Positions 16,649-26,867 of a stretch of 64,000 nucleotides of DNA are shown here, in pieces. Location of the stretch: contig CAWHEU010000018.1 of assembly GCA_963828465.1 (NCBI GenBank), positions 323,492-387,491 of the forward strand, given 5' to 3'. The notes beneath the pieces were generated by a model. That model saw nothing but the letters and a program-made list of their open reading frames with translations, had not been told where the DNA came from and made no database searches. The position numbers and the translations under genes are program-made. This DNA is from an uncultured Acidobacteriota bacterium (GTDB taxonomy: Bacteria > Actinomycetota > Acidimicrobiia > Spongiisociales > ZC4RG35). The first letter of the stretch is position 1. Each line of letters begins with the position of its first letter.

Positions 16649-19600
16649 GCTCGTTGCAGCCGTCGCCAGAGCAGAAGGCGGTCCTCGACATGGGTCTCGA
16701 CACGATCCGGATACGGGCCGGGGCAGGCACCGGCAAGACGACGACCGTCGCCCTCGTCATCGCCAACCTCGTGGAGAACCACGGTGTCGACCCGGAACGG
16801 ATCCTTGGAATCACCTTCACCAACAAGGCGGCATCCGAGCTGGCCGACAAGGTGAAGGCATTTCTCGGGTCCGCCGTGGAGGAAGGCCGTCAGGCAGAGG
16901 TCCATACGTACCACGGCTTCGCCGCGCAGATCCTGGCGGAGTTCGGAGCCCTCGTCGGGGTCGACACCAGGGTCAGGGTGATCACCCCGACCTTCTCCCG
17001 ACAGATCCTCTCCGAGACCTATCACCACACGACGTATGAGCACATCGACATCACCAACCCACATGGGTTGGACAAGATCCGGACGCTGGGCGACCGAATG
17101 GGGGACCACCTCGTCACACATGACGACCTGATCGCCCACGTCGATCCGGCAAACGAGGTGTGGGCGATGCGCGCCGAGATGCTGAAAACCCTCCAGCGTT
17201 ATGACGCTGACAAGAGACGGCTCAAAGTTGTCGACTACTCCGACCTGGTCACGTTGTCCACCCGTCTCCTGACCGATCACCCCGAGCTGGTGGCAGAGAT
17301 CCGGGGCCGCTACCAGGTCGTGATCCTGGACGAATACCAGGACACCAACCCGGCGCAGCGAGTGTTGCTCACCAGGGCGTTTGGCCCGTCCGACGGGCAG
17401 GCGGCGATCCCGATGATCGCGGTGGGTGACGAGGACCAGACGATCTACGAATGGCGGGGGGCATCAGCCGAGAACTTCGAGCTCTTCCCCACCCACTTCC
17501 CGGCGCCGGACGGAGGGCCCGCCAAACACGGCACCCTCACCCTCAACCGGCGCTCGGCTCCGGAGATACTCCAGGTTGCCAACGAGATCCGGCGGCGTGC
17601 CAACCCGACTGCGGAAGACCTGGTCTCCCACGATCCCGACTCGAAGGGCGAGGTGGTGACCTACTGGGCAGAAGACGCCGTTGCAGAAGCCGATTGGATC
17701 GCTCGCAGATTCGATGCGTTGCACCAGGCGGGCACACCCTGGTCGGAGATGGCCGTTCTTTTCAGGAAGAACCGGGACTTCTCAGTAGTCGTCGACTCCT
17801 TCGCCCGGCATGACATACCGGTCGAGGTGGCCAACCTCGGTGGACTGCTCTCGGTGCCCGAGGTGGCCGACCTCCGAGCGTGGCTCACGGTGCTCGACCG
17901 GCCCGGACACTCGCCCTCGCTGGTCCAGATCCTCTTCGGAAGCCGATATCGCCTCGGCTACGCCGACATCGCCCCACTGTCGCACTGGCTGGGCAGCAAT
18001 CGGCGAGAGGACATAGATCGCGATGCGGTGCCGGGCGTGACACTGCTCGAGGCGGTCGAACAGGTCGACGGGATCGAGGGCCTCCGCCCCGAGGCCCGCG
18101 CCGCCTACGAGCACTTCCTGGAAATCTACCGAGACGTGCTTGCCGAGAGCCAGGGCGCCAGCCTGGTAGAGGTCTGCCGACTCGTCCTTGACCGGACCCG
18201 CGCATGGCAGGACGTCGAATCCCTCCCCACCAATCAAAGGACGACGGCCCGGCTCAATCTGTATCGCCTCCTCGACCTGGCCGAGGACTGGAGCCCACTC
18301 AAGGGACGTCCTTCCCTTTCGGCCTTCCTCGACTACCTGGAGGCGATGGAGGACGAGCCGGCCGAGGAGCTCGACTCCGCGCATCTCTCGGGTGAGGAGG
18401 CGGTCACACTGGTGACCGTGCACCGGGCAAAAGGTCTGGAGTGGGATGTGGTCGCAATCCCGGCCGTCACCGATAAGAGCTTCCCGGTGAAGACCGGGAC
18501 TTTCCCCGATCCCGTCCGGTTCGCCCAGTTCCTTCCTCCGGAGCATCGAATCGACAACGCACTGGCCGACATGCCTGACGACGAGAAAGAGCGAATGGAT
18601 TACTTCCGGGATCAGAACGCTCTACAGGAATGGCGGGTGGCCTATGTGGCGGCGACCCGGGCCCGGTCGATGCTGATCATGACCGGTTCTTACTGGTATG
18701 GGCTCCCCGAGCCCACGATCAATGCCAAGAAGCCTTCTGAGCTCTTCGATCTCGTCGAACAGCATCCGGTTACGCGGCAAGAGGGTCATGTCGACGAACC
18801 GGAGCGGCCGGCGCTGCTCCGATTCGCGGCTACGGGCGCCACGCCGGACCCGTTGTTCGACGACGGCTGGGACGGCGCATTGCGAGCCGCGGTAGCGGAC
18901 GAGGAAGCCCTTCTCCAGATGGCCGGGACGATGGGCGTCGCCGAGGCGTACCAGCAGAAGGTCGAGGAGATGCGTCAGACTCTGTTCGATCTCGACGCAC
19001 TCGGGGACATCGTGGCCGAGCCGGAGAAGACACGGGTCGTCTCCGTGACGGGGCTCGTCACCTACGCCCAGTGCCCGAAGCGTTTCTTCTGGTCCGAGGT
19101 CGACCCCTTGCCCCGTCGTCGCAACATGGCCGCCATCGCAGGCACGGCGTTGCATCGCCGGATCGAGCTTCATCAAAGGGGTCAGGTCCCCTTCGAAGAT
19201 CTCGAGCCCGGGCTCTACGACGCCATGGACGAATCGACCGGCGAGGGCGGTTTCAAGGCTTTTCTCGGGTCCCGGTACGGGACCGAGGATGCGTTGTTGG
19301 TGGAAGCGCCGTTCAGCCTGCACACAGAGAGCGGATACCAGATCAAGGGCCGGGTCGACGCGATCTACGAGAGCGACGGAAACTGGGAGATCGTCGATTT
19401 CAAGAGTGGGAGATGGAGGGACGACCCCGCTCGCCTCGTCCAGCTCCAGGCGTACGCGGTGGCCGCCACCAAAGTGGATTTCGGCGTGGACAAGCCGCAC
19501 GAGATCGACGTCACCTTCGCCTATCTCGGAGGTGGGCTCGATGTCCACACGGAGCATGCCGATGAGGGGTGGCGGCAGGATGCGGCCGGGAACCTCGAAG

Positions 19601-19713
19601 TGCTGACCTCCGCCATCGAAGATGAGCGCTTCGAGGCGGTGCCGGGAGACTGGTGTCACAACTGTGACTTTCTCCGCTTCTGCCCGGAGGGCAAGAGCGA
19701 GGTCGGGGAATGA
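16645..19713 (+). CDS. adnB: UvrD-like helicase-nuclease, AdnB-like
   Basis: AGAGTGKT, DEYQDTN, HRAKGLEW, YVAATRAR, DFKSG nuclease; ATGA overlap with adnA. Confidence 0.85.
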   Translation: MSSLQPSPEQKAVLDMGLDTIRIRAGAGTGKTTTVALVIANLVENHGVDPERILGITFTNKAASELADKVKAFLGSAVEEGRQAEVHTYHGFAAQILAEFGALVGVDTRVRVITPTFSRQILSETYHHTTYEHIDITNPHGLDKIRTLGDRMGDHLVTHDDLIAHVDPANEVWAMRAEMLKTLQRYDADKRRLKVVDYSDLVTLSTRLLTDHPELVAEIRGRYQVVILDEYQDTNPAQRVLLTRAFGPSDGQAAIPMIAVGDEDQTIYEWRGASAENFELFPTHFPAPDGGPAKHGTLTLNRRSAPEILQVANEIRRRANPTAEDLVSHDPDSKGEVVTYWAEDAVAEADWIARRFDALHQAGTPWSEMAVLFRKNRDFSVVVDSFARHDIPVEVANLGGLLSVPEVADLRAWLTVLDRPGHSPSLVQILFGSRYRLGYADIAPLSHWLGSNRREDIDRDAVPGVTLLEAVEQVDGIEGLRPEARAAYEHFLEIYRDVLAESQGASLVEVCRLVLDRTRAWQDVESLPTNQRTTARLNLYRLLDLAEDWSPLKGRPSLSAFLDYLEAMEDEPAEELDSAHLSGEEAVTLVTVHRAKGLEWDVVAIPAVTDKSFPVKTGTFPDPVRFAQFLPPEHRIDNALADMPDDEKERMDYFRDQNALQEWRVAYVAATRARSMLIMTGSYWYGLPEPTINAKKPSELFDLVEQHPVTRQEGHVDEPERPALLRFAATGATPDPLFDDGWDGALRAAVADEEALLQMAGTMGVAEAYQQKVEEMRQTLFDLDALGDIVAEPEKTRVVSVTGLVTYAQCPKRFFWSEVDPLPRRRNMAAIAGTALHRRIELHQRGQVPFEDLEPGLYDAMDESTGEGGFKAFLGSRYGTEDALLVEAPFSLHTESGYQIKGRVDAIYESDGNWEIVDFKSGRWRDDPARLVQLQAYAVAATKVDFGVDKPHEIDVTFAYLGGGLDVHTEHADEGWRQDAAGNLEVLTSAIEDERFEAVPGDWCHNCDFLRFCPEGKSEVGE

Positions 19714-20312
19714 CGATTCTCCTGGCGGCCCTGGCCGGGTACGTCATCGGTTCCTTGCCCACCGCCGTCTGGCTGGGCCGGCTCTGGGGGGTCGAGCTCC
19801 TGCGGGACGGGTCGGGCAACCCCGGTTCGAACAATGCCCGGAGCCTTGGCGGGCACACACTCGCCACGCTGGTTCTGATCATCGAAGTCGCCAAGGGTCT
19901 GACGGCTGTGGCAGTCGGCCTGGCCATCGGTGGCGAAGCCGCGGGACTCGCCGCGGGATTGGGCGCGGTGGCGGGGAACGTCTACAACGTCTGGCACCAA
20001 TTCAAGGGTGGGAAAGGCCTCGGCATCAGCGGTGGCGTGGTCCTGGGTCTCTGGCCTGCCGCCTTTCCGTTCGTGGTTCTGACACTCGTCTTCGCTTGTG
20101 TTCTGACGAGGTCGACGGGGATCGGGACCCTCGTGACACTTGGGGCGGTCCTCGTCGGCGCCTTCGCCTGGGAAAGCACCGGGCTCGACAACCTCTGGGG
20201 TCTCGCCGACCCTGTGCTGCTCGTCTTGCTGGTGATTGGCATCGGGCTGATCATCGGCCCGAGGCATTGGCGGGATGCCCGCAACCGTCTCAGGTCACCC
20301 GTCCGTCCCTGA
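19710..20312 (+). CDS. plsY: Acyl-phosphate:glycerol-3-phosphate acyltransferase
   Basis: GYVIGSLP, GSGNPGSNN, FKGGKG motifs. Confidence 0.88.
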   Translation: MTILLAALAGYVIGSLPTAVWLGRLWGVELLRDGSGNPGSNNARSLGGHTLATLVLIIEVAKGLTAVAVGLAIGGEAAGLAAGLGAVAGNVYNVWHQFKGGKGLGISGGVVLGLWPAAFPFVVLTLVFACVLTRSTGIGTLVTLGAVLVGAFAWESTGLDNLWGLADPVLLVLLVIGIGLIIGPRHWRDARNRLRSPVRP

Positions 20313-20745
20313 CCTCCAACACGATCGTGACCGGGCCAGAGTTCACCAACTCGACGTTCATCGACGCCCCGAACACACCGGTCTCGACGTGCACGCCCGA
20401 ATTGCGGAGTCCGTCCACGAAACGATCGACCAACGTCTCCGCCTGTTGTGGTGGGGCCGCCCCGACGAATGAAGGTCGTCGTCCCTTGCGGAGATCGCCA
20501 AGAAGTGTGAACTGGCTCACCACGAGAGCCGAACCTCCGGTTTCGAGGAGCGATCGGTTCATCTGCCCTGCCGCGTCAGGGAAGACTCTGAGATGGCCAA
20601 CCTTCTCCACAGCACGAGCAATGTCGTCCTCCATGTCCAAAGGCTCGATGCCGACGAGGAGGAGGAACCCGGAATCGATCGAGCCCACGACGACACCATC
20701 TACCTCGACGGAGGCTCGTGTCACGCGTTGCACCACGATCCGCAC
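20290..20745 (-). CDS. dtd: D-aminoacyl-tRNA deacylase
   Basis: MRIVVQRV, VSQFTL, KGRRPSF, NSGPVT. Confidence 0.96.
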   Translation of the reverse strand: MRIVVQRVTRASVEVDGVVVGSIDSGFLLLVGIEPLDMEDDIARAVEKVGHLRVFPDAAGQMNRSLLETGGSALVVSQFTLLGDLRKGRRPSFVGAAPPQQAETLVDRFVDGLRNSGVHVETGVFGASMNVELVNSGPVTIVLEVRDGRVT

Positions 20746-20780
20746 GGGTGGCGATTGTGGCAGCCCAATAGAGTGGTGTC

Positions 20781-23054
20781 GTGGCTAGGAAATCGGCCGA
20801 ACCCCCAGAATTGCTGACCGGGCCGGCCGACTCGCGGGTCGTCTACCTCCTGGACGCCGCCTCCGACTACGAAGCCTCCCTCCTCACCCGATGGGCCGGG
20901 GACGAGATCGGTCGCGAGCTCGAGACGGTCAGGATCACGTCGTCGCGGCGGGGCAAGGGCGGTGACATCGATGCCCTGACCGATACGTTGGTCGCTGCCG
21001 ACGACCCCTTCCTCATACCGCTTCGAGTCCTCTGGCTGGCTCCGATCAAGAAGGGTCGAAGGGCTGTCAGCTGGTGGGACATGATGCGACCAGGAGACGC
21101 CAGGGACCCGAGAGGGCTACGGGCGAGATGGATCAGAATGGCCCGGCCGGGGCGGATTCGATTCACCGCCGCCGCCGGGGCTCATGCCGCTGACCTCGCC
21201 GATGACTATCAGGCCTCGGGCCAGGTGGACCCCTTGTCCAACTACGTGACCAGAAGGGCGTGGCTAATTCTCGACCGGGCCGAGCGGAGGCTGGTGGGCA
21301 ACCGATACAAGATCCCCCGGTTCGTGCCCGAGGCCATCCTCTCCAGGCGAGAGTTCCTCGAGGCGGTGGACGCCGTCGCCGCCGAGACCGATATGACCCC
21401 CGCCCTGGCACGCGAGAAGGCGGAGCGTTATCTCCGCGAGATCGCCGCCACTCACTCGCCGTATGTGATCGATCTGATCGCCAACGCCATCCACAAGCTG
21501 TACAGCCAGGGCTACGGCGACATCAAGTATTCGGAGGACGACGTCCGACGTCTCGCCGCTCTGGGCGATGGCGACCCGATCATCTTCCTACCCGCCCACC
21601 GCTCGAATCTCGACCGTCTGAGCCTCCAGTTCATGCTCTGGGAGAACGACTTCCCCCCCAACCACACGGCAGGGGGCATCAATCTGAACTTCTTCCCGGT
21701 GGGGCCACTCGTCCGACGCACCGGTGTGTTCTTCATCCGCCGCTCCTTCAAGGACAACCCTCTCTACAAGATGGTCCTGCGCTCGTATCTGGACTATCTG
21801 GTCGAGAAGCGGTTCCCCCTCGAGTGGTACATGGAGGGAGGACGGTCGCGCTCGGGGAAGCTGATGCCTCCTCGTCTCGGGCTTCTTAGCTACGTGACGG
21901 ATTCCATGCATCGGGGCAAGGCGGAGGATCTCCAGTTGGTCCCGGTGTCGATTGCCTACGACCAGATTCAGGACGTCCCCGACTACGCCCGTGAGGCGCA
22001 GGGAAAGGACAAGGAGAAGGAATCTCTCGGGTGGATGCTGAAGGCGGTGCGGTCCCTACGCCGGCGATACGGGGACATCCATATCCGGTTTGGGGAGCCT
22101 GTTTCGGCGCGGAGCATGGTCGGACCTACGGACCTCGGCGAAGAGACGTCCATCGGGTTGCAGAAACTGGCCTTCGAGGTGATGTATCGGATCGCACATG
22201 TCACCCCGATCACCCCGACTGCCGTGATCAGTGTTGCCCTTCTCGCCGCGAGGGGTACGGCCCGGACGTCAGACCAATTGGCCGAGGGGGCCGCCCAGCT
22301 CGTGGAGTTCGCCCGGGCCCGCGACCTCCCCACCACCGAGGATTCAGATCTGCGCGACCCGTCGCGGGTGGCCACCATCCTCGATTGGCTCGCCGAGCAC
22401 GACAACGTGAGCAGTCACGAGGCCCTCGGGCGACGGGTCTTCTGGCTCGACGAGGATCAGATGATTCGAATCTCGTACTACCGCAACATGATCGTGCATT
22501 TCTTCGTCAATCGCGCCCTGGCCGAGATGGCGATCGGCTCGGTCGCCGAGACCGGCGAGGAGCACCCGGAACAGGTGAGGGATGCCCTTCTCGCTTACCG
22601 CGACCTGCTCAAGTTCGAGTTCTTCTTCCCGGAAAAGGACCAGTTCCTCGCCGACGTCGAGTCCGACATCGCCATCGACGTCCCCGGATGGGAGCATGTT
22701 CTGACCACGACCGGGTCGGCCGAGGTGCAGGCCAAGCTCGGGTCGCCTCTGGCCTACTGGGCGGTGCTGCCGATCCTCGACGCCTATCAAGTGGTAGGTG
22801 ACGAGCTAGAAAGCCTCAAGCGCCGATACGAAGAGAAGTCCTTCCTCAAGGCGTGCTTGGCCCGGGCCCGCATGTACCGGATCGAGGAGCGGCTCATCTC
22901 GGGCGAGAGCGCCAGCCAGGTCCTCTTCAAGTCGGCGCTTGCCCTCGCCGCCAACAGAGGTCTGATCGATGACGCCGAGGGTGTCGCCGCCCGCCGCGCC
23001 GCATTCGCCGCCGAAGTCCGCAACGCCCGTACCCTCGCCGCCGCCGGGCTGTAG
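20781..23054 (+). CDS. plsB: Glycerol-3-phosphate 1-O-acyltransferase (PlsB type)
   Basis: HRSNLD (HX4D), FFIRRSF, EGGRSRSGK, PVSIAYD. Confidence 0.9.
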   Translation: MARKSAEPPELLTGPADSRVVYLLDAASDYEASLLTRWAGDEIGRELETVRITSSRRGKGGDIDALTDTLVAADDPFLIPLRVLWLAPIKKGRRAVSWWDMMRPGDARDPRGLRARWIRMARPGRIRFTAAAGAHAADLADDYQASGQVDPLSNYVTRRAWLILDRAERRLVGNRYKIPRFVPEAILSRREFLEAVDAVAAETDMTPALAREKAERYLREIAATHSPYVIDLIANAIHKLYSQGYGDIKYSEDDVRRLAALGDGDPIIFLPAHRSNLDRLSLQFMLWENDFPPNHTAGGINLNFFPVGPLVRRTGVFFIRRSFKDNPLYKMVLRSYLDYLVEKRFPLEWYMEGGRSRSGKLMPPRLGLLSYVTDSMHRGKAEDLQLVPVSIAYDQIQDVPDYAREAQGKDKEKESLGWMLKAVRSLRRRYGDIHIRFGEPVSARSMVGPTDLGEETSIGLQKLAFEVMYRIAHVTPITPTAVISVALLAARGTARTSDQLAEGAAQLVEFARARDLPTTEDSDLRDPSRVATILDWLAEHDNVSSHEALGRRVFWLDEDQMIRISYYRNMIVHFFVNRALAEMAIGSVAETGEEHPEQVRDALLAYRDLLKFEFFFPEKDQFLADVESDIAIDVPGWEHVLTTTGSAEVQAKLGSPLAYWAVLPILDAYQVVGDELESLKRRYEEKSFLKACLARARMYRIEERLISGESASQVLFKSALALAANRGLIDDAEGVAARRAAFAAEVRNARTLAAAGL

Positions 23055-23061
23055 CGCTCGT

Positions 23062-23556
23062 TCAACCTGGTCTCCCCCATTTCTTGCGCGCCTCGTCGAT
23101 CAGCTGGCGCGATGTCTTCGGCTCGGGAGGTACCAGCGGTGGGGGGAGGTCGACGGGTTCCACGGCTGAAGTCTCCGTCGGTGACGAGGCCGGCTTTGGC
23201 GCCGGCTTGGTGATTATGGGCGGTGCCGGGCTTGGCGCTGGCGGCGTTTCCGTGTGCATCGATTCGATCCGAATGGTTGGCACCCGCTTATCGGTTGGGC
23301 CGGGCACCGGTGCCGGCGTGGCCGGCTCGATTTGCGTCTCCATGGTGCGGGCCCGGCGGCGAAGGGCGCGACCGGCCCACAGGAGCAGGACACCGGGGAT
23401 GGCGCTCCCAAAAGCACCGGCAAAGAAACCCTCGCTGATTCCCACGTCGGACAGCACGCCGATCCCGCCCAACACGAGGAAGCCGAGCCAGAGTGTCCCG
23501 AGGATGGTGAGGACCCGCCCCAAACAGCCGACAGGATTGACGTTCTGATCAGCCAC
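23062..23556 (-). CDS. Hypothetical 2-TM protein with Pro-rich tail
   Basis: Two hydrophobic helices followed by Pro/Thr-rich region. Confidence 0.65.
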   Translation of the reverse strand: MADQNVNPVGCLGRVLTILGTLWLGFLVLGGIGVLSDVGISEGFFAGAFGSAIPGVLLLWAGRALRRRARTMETQIEPATPAPVPGPTDKRVPTIRIESMHTETPPAPSPAPPIITKPAPKPASSPTETSAVEPVDLPPPLVPPEPKTSRQLIDEARKKWGRPG

Positions 23557-23573
23557 TGACGCTCATTCAAACA

Positions 23574-24740
23574 TCAGGGCCGTGTCAGCACCGCCCGAAG
23601 CCGCCAGCTGGCAAGCAGGAGCAGGACGGTGGCGTATACGACCAGGACGCCCAGCTCGGGGAGGATGTCGGCCACAGTTCCATCCCGGCGGACGAGATCG
23701 GCGAACCCGTCGAGCGCCCATGCGTGCGGCGTGAGATGTGCAACCCGGGTCATAGCCGGGGAGAACAACTCGATCGGGAGCATGCACCCGCCCAAGGCCG
23801 CCAGCCCGAGGCTGAGGACGACACCGATTCCGCCGGCCTGTTGGTCGTTCTTGAAGGTCGCCCCCATCAGCATCCCGGCTCCGGCCCCCACCGCCGAGAA
23901 GGCGACCAGGATGAGAAGGGCACCCCATGGATCACCCCAATCGACCCGGAACAGGAGATAAGTCACGATCACGATGTAGAGCCCCTGGACCATCGCCACC
24001 GCCCAGCGCCCGGCGCCCTCGCCACCGACGATGGTCCCCGTGGAGGTTGGCGTTGAGAGCATGCGGCGCGAAATGCCGAGCTTCCTGCTGAGTATCAGAG
24101 CAGCCGACCCGGCAAGGGCGGTCAGGAAGGTGAACAGGACGAGTTGCTGCGCGGCCCCCAGGTCGAACCTGCCCAGCGTCGTTGGGAAAAGCGCCTCACC
24201 GACCGCGGTGGTCTCGACATCGAGCCCGGGGGCGGCATCGGTCTGTGACCGTGCCACCTCCAGAGCCTCGTCGAAGCTCGCTTCCGCTTTTTCGGCCCCG
24301 AACTGGGCCGCCCCCACCGGCGTCATCACCCGGGCGACGCCGGCGCTGACGACCGACTGCAATTGGGGGCCGGCACCATCGGGTCTTGCCACGAATCCCA
24401 TCTCGACCTGCTCTCCGGCTTCGGCTCTACCACTGGCCCCGGCCGGGATGAACAGGCCCGCCTGGACCGTGCCTCGCTCGACGGCGTCGAGCAATCCGTC
24501 CCGTGTCTCGAAGATCGTCACCGCCAACGAATCGTCACTCTGGATCTCCTCGGTGATGGCGGTCGCCAGCGGGTCCTCGTCCTCCTGGTGAATCCCGACC
24601 CCGGGATCGAAGTCCCCGCCGAACTGAGCCCCGATGAGGAGGATCAGGGCGATCGGGAAGATGAAGACGAAGAAGATGTTGGAGCGCTCGCGCAACATGC
24701 GGCGCACGTTGGAACCGGCGATGGCGAGGATTTTCCTCAT
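23574..24740 (-). CDS. ABC-2 type exporter permease
   Basis: MRKILAIAGSNVRRMLRER start, LTPHAWALDG C-terminal motif. Confidence 0.9.
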   Translation of the reverse strand: MRKILAIAGSNVRRMLRERSNIFFVFIFPIALILLIGAQFGGDFDPGVGIHQEDEDPLATAITEEIQSDDSLAVTIFETRDGLLDAVERGTVQAGLFIPAGASGRAEAGEQVEMGFVARPDGAGPQLQSVVSAGVARVMTPVGAAQFGAEKAEASFDEALEVARSQTDAAPGLDVETTAVGEALFPTTLGRFDLGAAQQLVLFTFLTALAGSAALILSRKLGISRRMLSTPTSTGTIVGGEGAGRWAVAMVQGLYIVIVTYLLFRVDWGDPWGALLILVAFSAVGAGAGMLMGATFKNDQQAGGIGVVLSLGLAALGGCMLPIELFSPAMTRVAHLTPHAWALDGFADLVRRDGTVADILPELGVLVVYATVLLLLASWRLRAVLTRP

Positions 24741-25918
24741 CGCGTCAGCTTTCGCTGGAGGAGCACCCACGCCACGGTTCCGAAGACGAGCGTGAACAGG
24801 AGCAGGGCACCGACCGCTGGCAGAACCTCGGTCCACTCCGCTCCACCGGAGATGTTGGCGAGACCACGCAAGAACCAGGCGTGGGGGGTCAGATAGGAGA
24901 GCCTGGCGAGAAAGTCGTTGCCCTGGCCGATCGGAAAGAAGGTCCCGCCCAGCATCCCCAGAATCACCGCGATGATCGCCCCCAGGTTGGCGGCGCCGTC
25001 GGCACTGGTGGCGGTGGCGGCGACTACCCCCATGATGGAGGTCGCGGCAAGGACGCCGGCGATGACCAGCAGCGCCACCCCCAGAGGGGGGCCCCACTCC
25101 GCATCCATCAGGTAGTGAGTGGCAACGATCAACACGGTCATCGAGATGACACCGAGCGCGAACGAGAGGATCGCCTTGCCCGCCACCACGCTGCTATGGC
25201 TGATCGGCGCCGCCAGCAGCCGTGCCAGGGTTCCGCCCTGTTTCTCCTCGAGGATGCCGACGACACCGAACTGAACGGTGAAGAAGAGGAAGAACACAGC
25301 CATACCCGCCGCAAAGAACGTGTTGGCGTCGAGTTGCCGGGTGTCGGCGGAGACATCCACGAAGGTGAAGGCCGGCGGACGAAGGGCTGCCTCCTGGCCC
25401 CAGGTGGCAAGCTCATCCGGAGGCGGTGGCTGGCCGAGAGCGATCGCCGTGGTGACCGAGAGCTGTGACCGCGCGATGGCCGATCCGAATTCGGAGGCGA
25501 TCGCGGACGTCACTTGGGTCGTCGTCTGGCTGTCGACATCGCCGACCACCTCGATCGTGAATGGCTGGCCCTGGATGGCAGCGTCGCCGAGACCCTGGTT
25601 GAGAAGGATGTAGGCGCCGATCTCGCCATCCTCGACCGAGGTCTCGGCCGCAGCCGCGTCTTCGAACTCGGTCACGACCAGAACTCCCTCGGCTTCCAGC
25701 CCGGAGAGCGCATCGCCCAGAGACTGCGACACCTGGGTGTCGTCCAGGTCGACCCATCCGACCTCGAGGTCCAATGCCTCCTCGCTAAATGTGCCGCCGA
25801 AGACGAGGTGGAAGATGTAAGCCAGCGCCAGCGGGGTGACGATCCCCATGATGAACGCCGAACGATCACGTACACGGAGCTTGAGGTCCTTCCCCGCGAT
25901 CCGGGTCGCCGCCCCCAT
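24737..25918 (-). CDS. ABC-2 type exporter permease
   Basis: KDLKLRVRDR, EEKQGGTLARLLAAP, LTPHAW. Confidence 0.9.
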   Translation of the reverse strand: MGAATRIAGKDLKLRVRDRSAFIMGIVTPLALAYIFHLVFGGTFSEEALDLEVGWVDLDDTQVSQSLGDALSGLEAEGVLVVTEFEDAAAAETSVEDGEIGAYILLNQGLGDAAIQGQPFTIEVVGDVDSQTTTQVTSAIASEFGSAIARSQLSVTTAIALGQPPPPDELATWGQEAALRPPAFTFVDVSADTRQLDANTFFAAGMAVFFLFFTVQFGVVGILEEKQGGTLARLLAAPISHSSVVAGKAILSFALGVISMTVLIVATHYLMDAEWGPPLGVALLVIAGVLAATSIMGVVAATATSADGAANLGAIIAVILGMLGGTFFPIGQGNDFLARLSYLTPHAWFLRGLANISGGAEWTEVLPAVGALLLFTLVFGTVAWVLLQRKLTR

Positions 25919-25920
25919 GA

Positions 25921-26859
25921 TCAGTCGCGCAGGGCCTTGCCGGTCAGATGCAGGAAAACCGCCTCGAGATTGGGCTCCGACACGGCCACTCCGGTGACGT
26001 TGGCGCCGGTCGCAGCCACCCGGGACAGCAACTCGGGAAGAACTGACGAAGCGTCGTCCGCCAGGACGTCCACACCTGAGTCGGCAGGGCTGGCCTCGTG
26101 GACCGCCGGCAACTCGGAAGCGACGCGGGCGACTTCGACCAGGTCCCCGGTCACCGTCACACTGATCCGGTCCTTCTCCCCCACTAGTGACACCAGCTCG
26201 CGTCTGGTGCCCTCGGCCTTGATCACCCCTTCGTCGATGATGGCCACACGGTCGCAGAGCCGCTCGGCCTCCTCCATGTAGTGGGTCGTGTAGAGAACTG
26301 CTATCCCCTCGCCTGATAGGTCTTCGACCGATTCGAGGATGGCGTTCCGGGACTGGGGATCCACCCCGACTGTGGGCTCGTCCAGTATGAGCAGGCGCGG
26401 GCGGTGGAGCAGCCCGATGCCGATGTTCAGTCTCCGTTGCATACCGCCGGAGAACTCGCTGACCAGGTCGTCCTTACGCTCGGAGAGGCCGATCACCTCG
26501 AGCACCTCCTCTACACGTTTGTCCAACGTCTCGCCGGGCATGTCGTAGAGACGCCCGAAAAACCTCAGGTTCTCCGTCGCAGTCAGGTCGGGGTAGATGG
26601 CGATTTCCTGAGGCACCAGACCGATGTCCGCCCTTCCGTCGGTCGAATTGGTCCGGATCTGGGTTCCGGCAACGTGGACGGTGCCGTTGTCCGGCTCCAG
26701 TAGACCGGCGACCATCGAAATCGACGTGGTCTTGCCCGCCCCGTTAGGCCCGAGGAGGCCAAAAGTCTCCCCCTCCACGATCTCGAAGCTGACCCCGTTC
26801 ACCGCGATCAGATCCCCGAAGCTCTTGATGAGCCCTTGAGCTGCCAGGACCGTCGTCAT
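25921..26859 (-). CDS. ABC transporter ATP-binding protein
   Basis: GPNGAGKT, FSGGMQRR, LDEPTVGVD. Confidence 0.95.
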   Translation of the reverse strand: MTTVLAAQGLIKSFGDLIAVNGVSFEIVEGETFGLLGPNGAGKTTSISMVAGLLEPDNGTVHVAGTQIRTNSTDGRADIGLVPQEIAIYPDLTATENLRFFGRLYDMPGETLDKRVEEVLEVIGLSERKDDLVSEFSGGMQRRLNIGIGLLHRPRLLILDEPTVGVDPQSRNAILESVEDLSGEGIAVLYTTHYMEEAERLCDRVAIIDEGVIKAEGTRRELVSLVGEKDRISVTVTGDLVEVARVASELPAVHEASPADSGVDVLADDASSVLPELLSRVAATGANVTGVAVSEPNLEAVFLHLTGKALRD

Positions 26860-26867
26860 CTCCTCCT

